Shown: positions 12,239 through 24,557 of the stretch, piece by piece | Layout of the letters: each line of letters starts with the position of its first letter | Numbering within the stretch: position 1 is the stretch's first letter | From: Prorocentrum cordatum | Lineage: Eukaryota | Length of the DNA stretch: 56,929 bases | Direction of reading: 5' to 3' | Assembly: GCA_963575745.1 (NCBI GenBank) | Contig: CAUYUJ010000053.1 | Location: 62,001-118,929, forward strand | The notes under the pieces: model-generated | The model's database searches: none | Told to the model about the DNA's origin: nothing | Seen by the model: the letters and a program-made list of their open reading frames with translations, nothing else | Made by a program: the position numbers and the translations under genes

Positions 12239-12417
12239 ATTCACACCGAGGCGGAATAGACAGCACAAGCATGCGCCTGCGGCGCTGCGCGCGGACTTCC
12301 TGGAGGCGTGCCCGGCCGCCCGGGCGGCGCCCCCAGCGCGGGCCCCGGCGAGCTCCGCGCTCTGGGGAGGGGGGCCCAGGGCGGATCCGAGACATCCGCG
12401 CGGGTCTCCAACAGGTC

Positions 12418-12612
12418 TCGGGCCGGGCGAAAGGGGGGGATTGGGAAAAGGGGGGGTACGAAATTTGCTGCATGCAGCTGGTTTCGGCCTCACCGAGGGG
12501 CCCATTCCTCGATACATGGCCGCCTCCGGCGCCGGGAGGCGCCGGGAGAATCAGCTGCGTGAGCTGATTCTCAAACCCCCCCTTTGCTAACCCCCCCTTT
12601 CGCCCGACCCGA
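12418..12612 (+). mobile_element. MITE family E, copy 1
   Basis: TIR TCGGGCCGGGCGAAAGGGGGG...CCCCCCTTTCGCCCGACCCGA; near-identical to 25695-25888. Confidence 0.9.
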
Positions 12613-13015
12613 AGTTTGTGCTTGTGCCCCTTGTTTGTTCCTCCAGGGTCTGCCATCCCTAGGCTCCGCCTGGTGCTATTTTTTCTATCTGCGCGCCCCG
12701 CTTTGCGGCTGAGTCTCGGCGCGCCCTCTTCAAAATGGGCAGGAGCTGCCGTCGGTCGGTCCTCGTCCCCCTCTCTTTCCGCACCCAATTCGATCGCCGG
12801 AGGGGGGGGGGGGAACGTCCTCGGTGAACCAAGAAACCCGCTCCACATCGCCCCCCAGACCCCTCTCCGGCTCTGTCCTGGCACGTGTTTTAAAGTGGCT
12901 CCAGCCGTGGCGTCGAGAAGCCTCAGGGAGGCCGAAGAACGAAACGACCGAGGAGGCTGACTCAGAAGGCTGCCGTTGTTTCGACTGGTCCATCCTCTGA
13001 AAGAGGTGCCATCTG

Positions 13016-13199
13016 CTGGGTAGTCGAAGGCCAGACTGTCAGATTGGATTATTGGGCCCCACGGGCCAATCTGGCCCGGCCAAACTGGATGATTTGGGTT
13101 ATTCGCCAGACTGGGTTCGCGCTGGCTCCCTCGCCAGATTGCCCCCGTTTGCCAGATTGGGCCTGCCAGATTGGCGCCAGATTGGCTTCGACTACCCAG
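13016..13199. mobile_element. MITE with subterminal GCCAGATTG repeats
   Basis: TIR CTGGGTAGTCGAAG...CTTCGACTACCCAG. The TSD is unclear. Confidence 0.7.
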
Positions 13200-14268
13200 C
13201 CTGTTTCAAGCACTCTCGCGGAATCGTCGTGTTCATCCCCTTCATAGTCATTGGCTGACGCCGCACCGCCGACTCCTTGGGGCGGCAGTACAAGAGCGAA
13301 GCGTGGATTTTGAGGAGAACGCGCGCGATTTCTTGGGATGCTTGGGGTTTCAGTTTCTTGGGATTTCGTCGGGGGCGGTTGGCGGATCGCGGCTCTACTC
13401 TTGGGCTTCTCTGGGCTCTCTTGGCAGCACTTTTGAAGCCTCTTGGGAGCCGTGTTGAGGCCTCTAGGGGCCTCGTTTGGGCCTCTCGTGGGAGCTTCTT
13501 TGGGGCCTCTTGGCGCCTCCTCAGGTTTGTTCGGGACGAGTACTCGAAATGTCCACTCGGGTTCCCCCTCTGGGCCTCCTCTTGGGACTGTCCTGGGGTC
13601 CTCCTGGGCCGTTTTGGAGGCTTCCATGGCCGTCTTGGGGCCCTCTTGGGCCGTCGTGGATTCCTCCTCTTGGGGGCCTCTTGGGCTATCTTGTGTCAAT
13701 CTTGGATGCTTCTTGGGCCGTTGTGGGCCTCGTGAAAACCCAAGAGGCGAATGTGCGAAGCATATACGTTTTCCCTAGGGAGTGGGTCGATTTCTGTTTC
13801 TGGAGGGCCTCTTGGGACGCCTCTTGGTGGCTTCTTGGGGCGTCTTGAGGGCCTCTGGGGCCGTCTGGAGGCAATCTTGGGCGTCTTGGAGCGATTGGAC
13901 AATCCGGTGGGCCTCTTGGGGCCCTCTTGGCCCGTTCTGGGGCCCTTTGAGGCTCCGAGGGTGCGGCCGACAGTTTTGCCCCTCCCCCCCCTTTCAAACG
14001 GGCTGGACTGGGCTCCCGGGGGAGGGGTTTTGGGAGGGGGGAAAGCATCTCACAGGCCGTGACCCCAAGTGGTCGGCGGATTCCCCCCCGTCCCTTGCTG
14101 GGCGGGTTGGCCGCCGCCGCGCGCCCGCAGGGGGCAGGGGTGCCAGGGAGAGCTTGGGGTTCGCGCCTTTTCCCGCTGGGGGGGTGGGGTTGCGGATCCG
14201 GGGGTGGGGTGCAAACGCATGGTGCGGTCGCCAGGGGGCGGGTTGGCCACGCCGCGTCCTCACGTTCG

Positions 14269-14368
14269 NNNNNNNNNNNNNNNNNNNNNNNNNNNNNNNN
14301 NNNNNNNNNNNNNNNNNNNNNNNNNNNNNNNNNNNNNNNNNNNNNNNNNNNNNNNNNNNNNNNNNNNN
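14269..14368. other. Assembly gap (100 N)
   Basis: Run of N. Confidence 1.
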
Positions 14369-17300
14369 GCGCGGCGGCCGAGCTCGCCTGGGCACCGCCC
14401 TCGCCCGCGCCCTCGGCGAGGAGGCGGTGGCGGGGCGAGGCGGCAGACAGCGCGGCGCGCTGCCGCGGCCCGCTCGCCCATTGGGGACGCAGCGGCGGAC
14501 TTGGCCAGGATGTGTCTCAGGATTTCCAGAGCAGCTAACGGCCCTCACTTCTGCGGAACATCAGACAGGAAATCTTGCAAAGTCGGGAACTGGCCATCGC
14601 TCGGACGCGCGTGCCCTGCGAGCTGCGCAGCACGGCCTTCGCTTGGGGCCCCTGGCGCTGGAGGTGGCCAGCCCTCGGCAGCGGCGGCGGCCCTCAGCAG
14701 GCGGCGAGGCGGCAACCCCAGCCGGTGGTCACGGGCCATGGGCGGAGGCAACAGTTTTCGTCCCTGCGGGACGTTAGGAACCGCTGTCGAGGGGAGTGCG
14801 CTGTACATGTGGAGCGGCTGTCTTCTCGGACGTCGGCGGCCCACCCAGCGGTTTTCCGCGATGCACGGGGACGCCGCGAGCGTCCAGGAAACACGTGGAG
14901 GGCGAGCGGATGTTTGAAGCCCCTGTCACGCCCCTCGCGGTCTCGGCGCAGCACTCCGAGAAGGGGGGCCAGATCCTGAGGGACGCCGCCGCCGTGGAGG
15001 GTGGCGCCCACCCCATGCTGCAGGCGGCGGTCCCAAGGCAAGTGGATAAACAGGGCAGGCATCATGAATATGCTGACTACATGTAAGACTAAGGCGGCAC
15101 TGAAAGGCCGCGGCCTCTTCGGATGGCCGTGAGAAACCCGTCCTTCAGAGGGATGACAGCGACGACCAGGTCATCGACGGCCTGTGCGTGCGACTCGCGA
15201 ATGAGATGGAGCACGCAGAAGTGCTACTTCGCAGTGCGTACTGGAAAGCGGCCGCTGCGCGCAGGCTGCTCCGCCGTGCCGGCGCGGAGGCGAAGGGGGC
15301 CTGGCTTCTGCAGCTTGGGCCTCGGATGACCGACGTGCTGCGCGACGCCGCCGCCTTCCGCGTGGCAAGCCGCCTTGCCGCCGTGCTACGGCGACCTGGG
15401 CGAGCAGCGGGGCACGGCGTCCATCCGGGAGGCGGAGGAGGTCATCGGCGAGCTCGCTGGAGTCCGCGCGGCCTCCCACGCGGAGGCCCCCGAGGCGCGC
15501 GGCGGCCGAGCTCGCCTGGGCACCGCCCTCGCCCGCGCCCTCGGCGAGGAGGCGGTGGCGGGGCGAGGCGGCAGACAGCGCGGCGCGCTGCCGCGGCCCG
15601 CTCGCCCATTGGGGACGCAGCGGCGGACTTGGCCAGGATGTGTCTCAGGATTTCCAGAGCAGCTAACGGCCCTCACTTCTGCGGAACATCAGACAGGAAA
15701 TCTTGCAAAGTCGGGAACTGGCCATCGCTCGGACGCGCGTGCCCTGCGAGCTGCGCAGCACGGCCTTCGCTTGGGGCCCCTGGCGCTGGAGGTGGCCAGC
15801 CCTCGGCAGCGGCGGCGGCCCTCAGCAGGCGGCGAGGCGGCAACCCCAGCCGGTGGTCACGGGCCATGGGCGGAGGCAGCAGTTTTCGTCCCTGCGGGAC
15901 GTTAGGAACCGCTGTCGAGGGGAGTGCGCTGTACATGTGGAGCGGCTGTCTTCTCGGACATCGGCGGCCCGCCCAGCGGTTTTCCGCGATGCACGGGGGC
16001 GCCGCGAGCGTCCAGGAAACACGTGGAGGGCGAGCGGATGTTTGAAGCCCCTGTCACGCCCCTCGCGGTCTCGGCGCAGCACTCCGAGAAGGGGGGCCAG
16101 ATCCTGAGGGACGCCGCCGCCGCCGTGGAGGGTGGCGCCCACCCCATGCTGCAGGCGGCGTCCCAAGGCAAGTGGATAAACAGGGCAGGCATCATGAATC
16201 TGACTACATGTAAGACTAAGGCGGCACTGAAAGGCCGCGGCCTCTTCGGATGGCCTCTTCGGATGGCCGTGAGAAACCCGTCCTTCAGAGGGATGACAGC
16301 GACGACCAGGTCATCGACGGCCTGTGCGTGCGACTCGCGAATGAGATGGAGCACGCAGAAGTGCTACTTCGCAGTGCGTACTGGAAAGCGGCCGCTGCGC
16401 GCAGGCTGCTCCGCCGTGCCGGCGCGGAGGCGAAGGGGGCCTGGCTTCTGCAGCTTGGGCCTCGGATGACCGACGTGCTGCGCGACGCCGCCGCCTTCCG
16501 CGTGGCAAGCCGCCTTGCCGCCGTGCTACGGCGACCTGGGCGAGCAGCGGGGCGCGGCGTCCATCCGGGAGGCGGAGGAGGTCATCGGCGAGCTCGCTGG
16601 AGTCCGCGCGGCCTCCCACGCGGAGGCCCCCGAGGCGCGCGGCGGCCGAGCTCGCCTGGGCACCGCCCTCGCCCGCGCCCTCGGCGAGGAGGCGGTGGCG
16701 GGGCGAGGCGGCAGACAGCGCGGCGCGCTGCCGCGGCCCGCTCGCCCATTGGGGACGCAGCGGCGGACTTGGCCAGGATGTGTCTCAGGATTTCCAGAGC
16801 AGCTAACGGCCCTCACTTCTGCGGAACATCAGACAGGAAATCTTGCAAAGTCGGGAACTGGCCATCGCTCGGACGCGCGTGCCCTGCGAGCTGCGCAGCA
16901 CGGCCTTCGCTTGGGGCCCCTGGCGCTGGAGGTGGCCAGCCCTCGGCAGCGGCGGCGGCCCTCAGCAGGCGGCGAGGCGGCAACCCCAGCCGGTGGTCAC
17001 GGGCCATGGGCGGAGGCAGCAGTTTTCGTCCCTGCGGGACGTTAGGAACCGCTGTCGAGGGGGGTGCGCTGTACATGTGGAGCGGCTGTCTTCTCGGACA
17101 TCGGCGGCCCACCCAGCGGTTTTCCGCGATGCACGGGGACGCCGCGAGCGTCCAGGAAACACGTGGAGGGCGAGCGGATGTTTGAAGCCCCTGTCACGCC
17201 CCTCGCGGTCTCGGCGCAGCACTCCGAGAAGGGGGGCCAGATCCTGAGGGGCGCCGCCGCCGTGGAGGGTGGCGCCCACCCCATGCTGCAGGCGGCGGTC

Positions 17301-17894
17301 CCAAGGCAAGTGGATAAACAGGGCAGGCATCATGAATATGCTGACTACATATAAGACTAAGACGGCACTGAAAGGCCGTGGCCTCTTCGGATGGCCGTGA
17401 GAAGCCCGTCTTTCAGAGGGGTGACAGCGACGACCAGGTCATCGACGGCCTGTGCGTGCGACTCGCGAATGAAATGGAACACGCAGAAGTGCTACTTCGC
17501 AGTGCGTACTGGGAAGCGGCCGCTGCGCGCAGGCTGCTCCGCCGTGCCGGCGCGGAGGCGAGGGGGGCCTGGCTTCTGCTGCTTGGGCCTCGGATGACCG
17601 ACGTGCTGCGCGACGCCGTCGCCTTCCGCGTGGCAAGCCGCCTTGCCGTCGTGCTACGGCGACCTGGGCGAGCGGCGGGGCGCGGCGTCCATCCAGGAGG
17701 CGGAGGAGGTCATCGGCGAGCTCGCTGGAGTCCGCGCGGCCTCCCACGCGGAGGCCCCCGAGGCGCGCGGCGGCCGAGCTCGCCTGGGCGCCGCCCTCGC
17801 CCGCGCCCTCGGCGAGGAGGCGGTGGCGGGGCGAGGCGGCAGACAGCGCGGCGCGCTGCCGCGGCCCGCGCGCCCATTTGGGACGCAGCGGCGG
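14369..17894. repeat. Tandem array of a ~1.13-kb unit (3 full units plus a partial one running into the gap)
   Basis: Units start with ACTTGGCCAGG at 14499, 15627 and 16767; unit lengths are 1128, 1140 and 1128. Confidence 0.97.
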
Positions 17895-19748
17895 GCGCGG
17901 CGAGCGGGGGCCGCGCGCGTCATGGACGCCGACGCCGCCTTCGACCTGGAGGCGGGCTTCATGGGCCCAGGTCGGCGTGGACAGAGCCTGGGGTTTAACC
18001 CAAGCTCGGCCTACACTTAGGGGGGATCCTGAGGGGTCCCGTGTCGCGAGTTCGTCGTGCATGAGCTTCTCGGGTCTAGTCTTATCTCCTCCTCCTCCTC
18101 CTCCTCCTTGCTCTCCAGCGAGCAAGTCCGCTTGTCCCCTCACGCCCCCCACGTTTCTTGACGGCGTTCTTCACCAGACCCCCCCATAGCTTCTCCCCCT
18201 CAGTTATCAGCGCGTCGAGGTGTGGGCCTATGATGGCCCCCTCCTACACCAAGACGAACGCGCCCAAAACATTGTTTCGAGCACTTCAGCATGCCAATCA
18301 TGTTGAAGTTTTACGTGTTTGCGTGGGCACTCTAACAGATCTGTTTCATTCTATGTCTAAGTATGTGTTGTTCCCCCGTGGGCCTCCAACATAACTGGTC
18401 CAGAACCCCGCGGGAAGCTGGCAGGACAATTTCCGTGGGCTGCTGGTGCTTCATGAAAAAACGGGAGTTGGGAGAGGGTCCTTAACTTGCCCTGTAGAAG
18501 CCCTCCCCATACACAAGCGGGCACAATCACTAGCACCTCCATCGGCACAAGCATCAGCACACTTTCCTCCACAAGCGCCAACACAAAGACTACACGAGGT
18601 CAAGGCTTTCTGTTTCAAAAGGTGGCCCTCGCATTTAGGTGAAATTGAGAGAGGTTGGGCCCGACTGTCTCGGCAACGTATGTCTCGATGCAAGTTTTGA
18701 GTGCGTCGCTCGGGCGCCCCGTAATGTTGTTCTTGCACGACGGGCTGGCAGCAGCAAACCCTGCCCGCTCGCTCATGTTTACACGCCAGTCGCTGAAAAT
18801 AGGTATTTTGGGATTCCCAGATCCCAGTCTACTTCAAGCGTCTTCCTACTTCAAGAATCGATACGCTTTTCCTGTGTTTTGTTATTCCCTGGGGGGGGGC
18901 CTTGACCCAATCAACTTAATCCGCCTTCCTACTTCGTGTTTTTACCTACTTCTTCTGACCGACGTGTATCCTCAGCTTCCGCGTGTACATATTTCCCTCT
19001 CTGCGTTCCTCCTCCCCCCCACGCCCCTCTTCCGCCCTTCATCCATCGCCTCGGCCCCTCTCCTTGTCACCTCCCCTCCCTTCCCCTCTCCCCCTCCTCT
19101 GCCCTCCGGCCTCCTTCCTTCGAGTGCTTCGGCAGAGGAAGTGACACAGATATGCGTTCGGTGGTCCGCGTGGGTTTTCCTGGGTCGACGCCGGACCCCC
19201 CCCTCACGCCTGACGGCGCCTCCGGCGTCGTCCCCAGTGCGTTGCGCGAGCTGAGCAAGGGGTGCGGGATTCGGCCACGCGCAGCAGGGGAGGCGGGGGC
19301 AAGCTTCTCAGAAGCACCCCTGCTTCTCAGCAGGCGCGGGCCTTGCCGATGGATGTTAGGCGGGCGCCATCTGAGAAGCACCCTCTTTCTTCACCAAGTC
19401 AAAACAGATGCCCAATCCCAAAAACGCGAGGGCCAAGGCAGAATGCAGGCTCCTCGAGACTTCGGGGAGGGAGATTTTGGGGTAGGGTTTTACCAGGGCG
19501 ACGACGACGAACGCAAAACATGCCCCGAAATCTTTGGCCGATCTTCGAATCCTCGGTGAATCCGCGATTTTGGGATTGGGGATGTGTTTTTTTTTCGTGG
19601 TCACTTCTCAGAAGCCTCGAACGACGCTCAGAGGCGCCTCGTAGCTCCCACGTGGCGCCCACACGCGCCGCGCGAGGGTGCGGCGCTGCGCCCGCCTTGC
19701 GCGCGGTTGGGCGCGCTGCTGGACGCGCTGTGGGGCGCCATAGGGGAC

Positions 19749-19878
19749 TTGGCATCGCTCGGACGTGTGCATTTTTCTTGTGGCGAGGGCCATCGAGGAG
19801 CATCCTCGATCATTTGGCGAAAAAGCCACGCACGAAACCGACAAAAACACAGGAGATGGACGTCCGAGCGATGGCCAG
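19749..19878 (+). mobile_element. MITE family D, copy 1
   Basis: TTGGCATCGCTCGGACGT...ACGTCCGAGCGATGGCCAG; perfect TSD GGGAC. Confidence 0.9.
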
Positions 19879-19983
19879 GGGACGGCCAGAAGCCTCCGTG
19901 AGCTGCTTTCTCAGGGTCCCGCCCGGCCTAGCGCCGGTCCAACTTGGTCCTTGGGCCCCTGCTGGGGCCCAGCCTGACCCTCT

Positions 19984-20184
19984 GGGTCGGAGCAGATGGG
20001 GTCGGAGGATCTCGGTGCGTTGCCGACGCATCGGCGACGCGAGTCGATGCCGAGCCCGATTTTCTCCACGCCGACGTCGCCGACGTATCGCCGACGTCGC
20101 CGATGCATTGCCGAGGCATCGGCGATGCATCGCCGATGCGTCGCCGATGCGGTGCGAGCCCCTGACCCCCATCTGCTCCGACCC
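19984..20184 (+). mobile_element. MITE family C with internal CGCCGACG/CGCCGATG repeats
   Basis: TIR GGGTCGGAGCAGATGGGG...CCCCATCTGCTCCGACCC. A diverged copy lies at ~9107-9290. Confidence 0.8.
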
Positions 20185-20193
20185 CACCTAGGA

Positions 20194-20350
20194 TCAGGAG
20201 GGAACAAAACACACGGACACAAGTCATCTTCGATTCCCCAGAAGATATGGGGAAACATGGGGAGTGGGGCGGAAGACGAAGCTCCAGAACATATGGGAAA
20301 TTGAGGGGAATCCTGCTCTCTGTGTTTTTTTTTGTTTTTGTTTTTTTCTG

Positions 20351-20389
<39 letters not shown>

Positions 20390-20401
20390 AGGGCCCCTTC
20401 A
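20194..20401 (+). mobile_element. Family A, copy 4
   Basis: Perfect TSD TAGGA. Confidence 0.9.
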
Positions 20402-20572
20402 TAGGAGGCCTCTGGGCCCGCTCCTCGCGGCGGACCTGGCCGCGGCGACGGGCAGCCTGCAGCGTGGAGGCCCCAGCCAGGGCGAGCATGCCGGCAGCGA
20501 GGGCCGCCCGTGCCTCGGCGGCCCCTTCGCCCCGGCCCGCTCCCACCATGAGCCTCGATCGGGGCTCAAGAC

Positions 20573-20698
20573 TCAGGAGGGGCAAAAACCGCACAGACAC
20601 AAGGAATCGCCGATTCCCCAGAAAATATATGGAAAAACATGGGGAAGTGGGGGGGAAGACAGAAACCAAGAACATTTGGGTGTCCCAGGGCCCCTTCA
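20573..20698 (+). mobile_element. Family A, copy 5 (internally deleted)
   Basis: Perfect TSD AAGAC. Confidence 0.9.
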
Positions 20699-20950
20699 AA
20701 GACACGGGGGTCAATGCAAACGGGGGTCAGCCAGGGCAACAGATCTTGCAGGATCCTGCGAAGACCCCCTTTGGCTGACCCGGGTCGGCGAGCCGCCCGT
20801 GGCCGCGAGGCGACCGCGCATGTTGGCTGACCCGGGTTGGCGAAGACCTGCGTTGCAGTTGTTTGCACTGCAGTGTTTTGGTTTCCGGCTGACCTGGGTC
20901 TGGATTGACCCGGGTCAGAAGATAGCCGACTCGAACTTACAGCCCCATCC

Positions 20951-21110
20951 TTAGGTCGGCCCTCTTCAGGAGGAATCTTCGACAATAGTTTTACCACATA
21001 GTCTGGGGAGGTTTTTGTTGTTCCACTATGTTTGAGCATGTTGGGACATTTGTTGGCCGTCTTTCATTTTTCGCCCAAGGCCCGCCCGTAGGAGGACACG
21101 CCTAACCCAA
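20951..21110. mobile_element. Family B copy
   Basis: Degenerate TIRs; 8-bp TSD CCCCATCC/CCCTATCC. Confidence 0.75.
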
Positions 21111-22129
21111 CCCTATCCCCAAGATTCACCGCGCGCGTTCTAACGCTCGCAGAGTGCCTACTCGCAAACGCTCGAAGAACAGATGTCTTCTGCTATGTAT
21201 GTGTAGTAAGTCCCCCGCTGCGGCTACAGGCCATCTGCGAGTTGTTCCTTTGCGAGGAGTGGAACGCGCTTGTCCAAATGGTGGCATGCCGAGAGGCGAG
21301 GACGATCTTGGGGATGAGCTCTCAGAAGCCGAGGGTACCCTCAAGCTTGGCATCGAGTTGAGGCGACGCCAGTCATCGGGCTAGGGTTGTGTCGCCGCGC
21401 CGCTTGTTCCGACGCGCTTCCCCACGCCCTGGGGAGGGCGCCTCGGCACCCAGTGCTAACTCCTCCGACGCAGAGCTGACCGTGGGATTGCCGCGGGTCT
21501 GGCTTCGTCTACTTGGGGCGCGGGACGTGACGCAGGGCTTGTCGTGGGTTTGCCGTGGTTTCGGCGTCGCCATTTTGGGCGCGTCGAGGACAAGCGGCGC
21601 GGCGACACATGAGGCGATGCCAGTCACAGGGATGGGGATGCCCAGACAGCCGACGTCATGACTTTGTCAGAACGGCGACCCCCAGAGGTCTCGACCCACT
21701 CCCCGAGACCGGTGTTTCGTCCTGCGTTGTTTTGTCCACGGTCCCGAGGCCCAGCGAGGCTCCCCAGAGGCCGAAAACAGCGGAAAGTCTCCCGCCGTGA
21801 TGTTTTTGTCACGACCCGAGGGGACGCCCAAAGACTCGTAGGGCAGACGATATCAAACAACATGGTGCAGACAGTTACTGGTCACGGAAAGTGGGTTTCA
21901 ATGGCAAAATCGGGGGCTCAGAAGTTGACACCAACACCAAGATCGGCGGCGTACCTCCACCGAGGGAAGAGGATCCCGATCTCGGTGATGGTGGTAGTAT
22001 TCTGACTTCCAAGGTGGCCGAACTGTCACCACCAGCACCGACACCCCAGTGGCACCCCCCTGTGGATGCACCCCCCCTGTGCTGTCTGTGCTGGTGCCCA
22101 TCTCCCAGGGCCCCCGACCCTCGCCCAGC

Positions 22130-22267
22130 CTGGCATCGCTCGGACGCGTGCATTTCTTTCTCGGCGAGGACCCTGGAGGAGGAGCATCCTGGACCACCGA
22201 GCAACAAACAAAAAAAACACGCACGAAACCGACAAGTGCACGGGGACTGGACGTCCGAGCGACGGTC
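22130..22267 (+). mobile_element. Family D, copy 2 (diverged)
   Basis: Homologous to 19749-19878 along its whole length. Confidence 0.8.
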
Positions 22268-22437
22268 CATCCCTGGCCACCCTCGTGGGCCAAACCCCGC
22301 CTGAAAGACCGGGCCCGCGGCCGCCCGCGGCCCTCCCCTTCTCGTGTGCGGGCCAGCGGCCTCTCTTTATGGGCCGGCAGCGCCCCGAGGCTCTCGCGCT
22401 CGGCACGCCCGAGGTGGGCATGCGGAAAGAAGGGGTA

Positions 22438-22631
22438 CGGTAGGTTCGCGTCGTGTCGACCGGCGGCGACCCCGCCGCCGACGTTCAACGTTGAACGCCG
22501 CCGGCGGCCCAGAATCGGTCGATGTTGAACGATCGGACGTTGCGGAGACGGCCGATCGTTCAAGGTTGAACGATCCAGCGCGGTGTCAGGAACCAACGCC
22601 AGGGTCGACACGACACGGCACGGACCTGCAG
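22438..22631 (+). mobile_element. TA-flanked MITE family K, copy 1
   Basis: TA|CGGTAGGTTCGCGTCGTGTCGACC...GGTCGACACGAC..GACCTGCAG|TA, with GTTGAACG/CGTTCAA internal motifs. A second copy is at 23856-24557. Confidence 0.75.
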
Positions 22632-22811
22632 TACAGTGCCCAACATCAGAGCGTGCATTACCTGCCCTGTTTTCGCCTCCAGGCGAAACCAAGTCACACC
22701 ACGCGCCTCCGCGGTCACGCGGCCCGACCAGTGCAGGCCGCGGTTTGGCGTCGTTTGGTATCGCTTGGAAGCGAGGGTGGTCAAGAGCGAGGTCGGTTTG
22801 TTTTCCCCCTA

Positions 22812-22945
22812 CAACAGCAGTTCCTGCTCATTCTGAGCAGGACTCGCTGCCCGCGCCGCCGCGGCCGGTGCCCATTCGCGACAGAGGGCCGCCGGCCCAA
22901 CAGCGGCCGCTGTTGGTTTGGGACAACACTTGTTGTTGGGCATTG
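22812..22945 (+). mobile_element. Family J copy (5' end eroded)
   Basis: Homologous to 32438-32578. Confidence 0.75.
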
Positions 22946-22948
22946 TTA

Positions 22949-23143
22949 GAGGAACAAAAAGCCACGTAAACATAAAAACTCGGAGGTCCGCGCGGATTTC
23001 TCGGATCGGCGCTGGACCCCCCTCCCTGGCGCGCGGAGCGCGCCCGGGGCGGCGCCGGAGGCGCCGCCGGGGGGGTCCGGCGCGGATCCGAGAAATCCGC
23101 GCGGACCTCCGAGTTTTTATGGTTATGCCACTTTTTGTTCCCC
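22949..23143. mobile_element. Foldback MITE with ~75-bp TIRs, TA-flanked
   Basis: GAGGAACAAAAAG..CATAAAAACTCGGAGGTCCGCGCGGATTTCTCGGATC is mirrored at the right end. Confidence 0.85.
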
Positions 23144-23347
23144 TAATTTCCCGGACCTTCCAGAGTGCTAAAAATTAGCACTCCAGACCCATAGATCTAT
23201 CTGGACTGCCTCAAGCCTCGACAGGAATCAGGACGTTGACGCCCTGGTGCTATTTTTTGGCCCTGCTGGGAGGTCAGGGTTCGGGCGTCCAAGCTCGCGC
23301 GTCCTCCGCCCGCACCCCCCCCCCGGCGCGCGAGCGGCGGCACCCTG

Positions 23348-23530
23348 ATGGTCCGCTACCGAAAATTTCCGGTAGCGCTCCGCAGAGATCGGTCGCTACC
23401 GAAATACCGAAATGTAGCGCCCAATACCGGTATCAGACCGTTCTGAAATCCGCTATTTCAACGCCCCGGTCGCTACCGAAATTCGGGGTGCGTCGAAATC
23501 GCTACCGAAAATTTCCGGTACCAGACCATC
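23348..23530. mobile_element. MITE-like element with CGCTACCGAAA repeats
   Basis: GATGGTC...GACCATC ends; four CGCTACCGAAA motifs. Confidence 0.6.
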
Positions 23531-23660
23531 TGGGCAGGGCACGCCCGGCGCGGTGCGCGAGCGGCTCTACTTCGAGGCGCCCCGGCCGCCCCCCGCCGTG
23601 GGGGGGGAAGCCCCCCCTCGGAGGCCCTCGGAGGCCTCCGGCCCGGAGGGGCCTCTCGTG

Positions 23661-23692
<32 letters not shown>

Positions 23693-23693
23693 G

Positions 23694-23728
<35 letters not shown>

Positions 23729-23777
23729 TTTCCTCGTCGTCGTCGTCGTCGTCGTCGTCGTCTTCGTCGTCAACGTT

Positions 23778-23843
<66 letters not shown>
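23661..23843. repeat. (GTC)n microsatellite
   Basis: Directly visible. Confidence 0.95.
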
Positions 23844-23844
<1 letters not shown>

Positions 23845-23855
23845 GTTTTGGGCTA

Positions 23856-24557
23856 CGGTGGCTTCGCGTCGTGGCGACCCGCGGCGACGCTCGCCACGGG
23901 GGAAGCGGGTCCGGAGGGAGGCGGGTCCTGAGGTTTCTCTTCGCCGCCTTCGGCTTCCTGGGGCCCTCCCCGGGTAAATATTGGTCCTCTGGGAAACGAA
24001 CCCTGTGGGGAAAAAACACAGCCTGTGGGGAAAAAACACACAGTCTGTTGGGAAAAAACACACAGGGAGACGGGTCCTGAGGTTCTCTTCGCCGCCTTCG
24101 GCTTCCCGGGACCCTCCACAGGGAAATCTTGGCCCTCTGGGAAGGCTCCAGGGTCCAGGGCCAGTTTCACTCAGGACCCGCTTCCCCTATGCTTAAGTCG
24201 GGCGTGTCCCTCTACAGGGGGATTTTCGACGAAAAATAAAGATATTCAAAAATACACCAAAAACGTAAACAAAATTTTCAAAAAATAGTCCCCAGACCAT
24301 TTGGATTATTTGTTGTTTTTTTTTTTTTTTTTTGGTATTTTGTATTTTTCGTCGAAAATCCCCCTGTAGGGGGACAGGCCCGACTTAACCCTATGCTGAG
24401 AGCCCACCGTTGGCGTTCAACGTTGGACGCCGCCGGTTACCCAAAATCGGTCGATGTTGAACGGTTTGACGTTTCGGAAACAGCCGATCGTTCAAGGCTG
24501 AACGATTCCCGCGGCATCAGAAGCCGACGCCGAAGTCAGCACGGCAAGAACCTTCCG
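23856..24557 (+). mobile_element. Family K copy 2, split by two nested MITEs (23899-24187 and family B 24193-24388)
   Basis: The K left end is at 23856 and the remainder resumes at ~24400. Inner TIR GGGGAAGCGGGTCC...GGACCCGCTTCCCC. Confidence 0.75.
24193..24388. mobile_element. Family B copy (young)
   Basis: Near-perfect ~45-bp TIR TTAAGTCGGG...CCCGACTTAA; perfect 8-bp TSD CCCTATGC. Confidence 0.92.

Noticed and set aside
18150..18900. Possible reverse-transcriptase or gene remnant
   Set aside because: Unique sequence, but frequent stops and no motif I can recognise.
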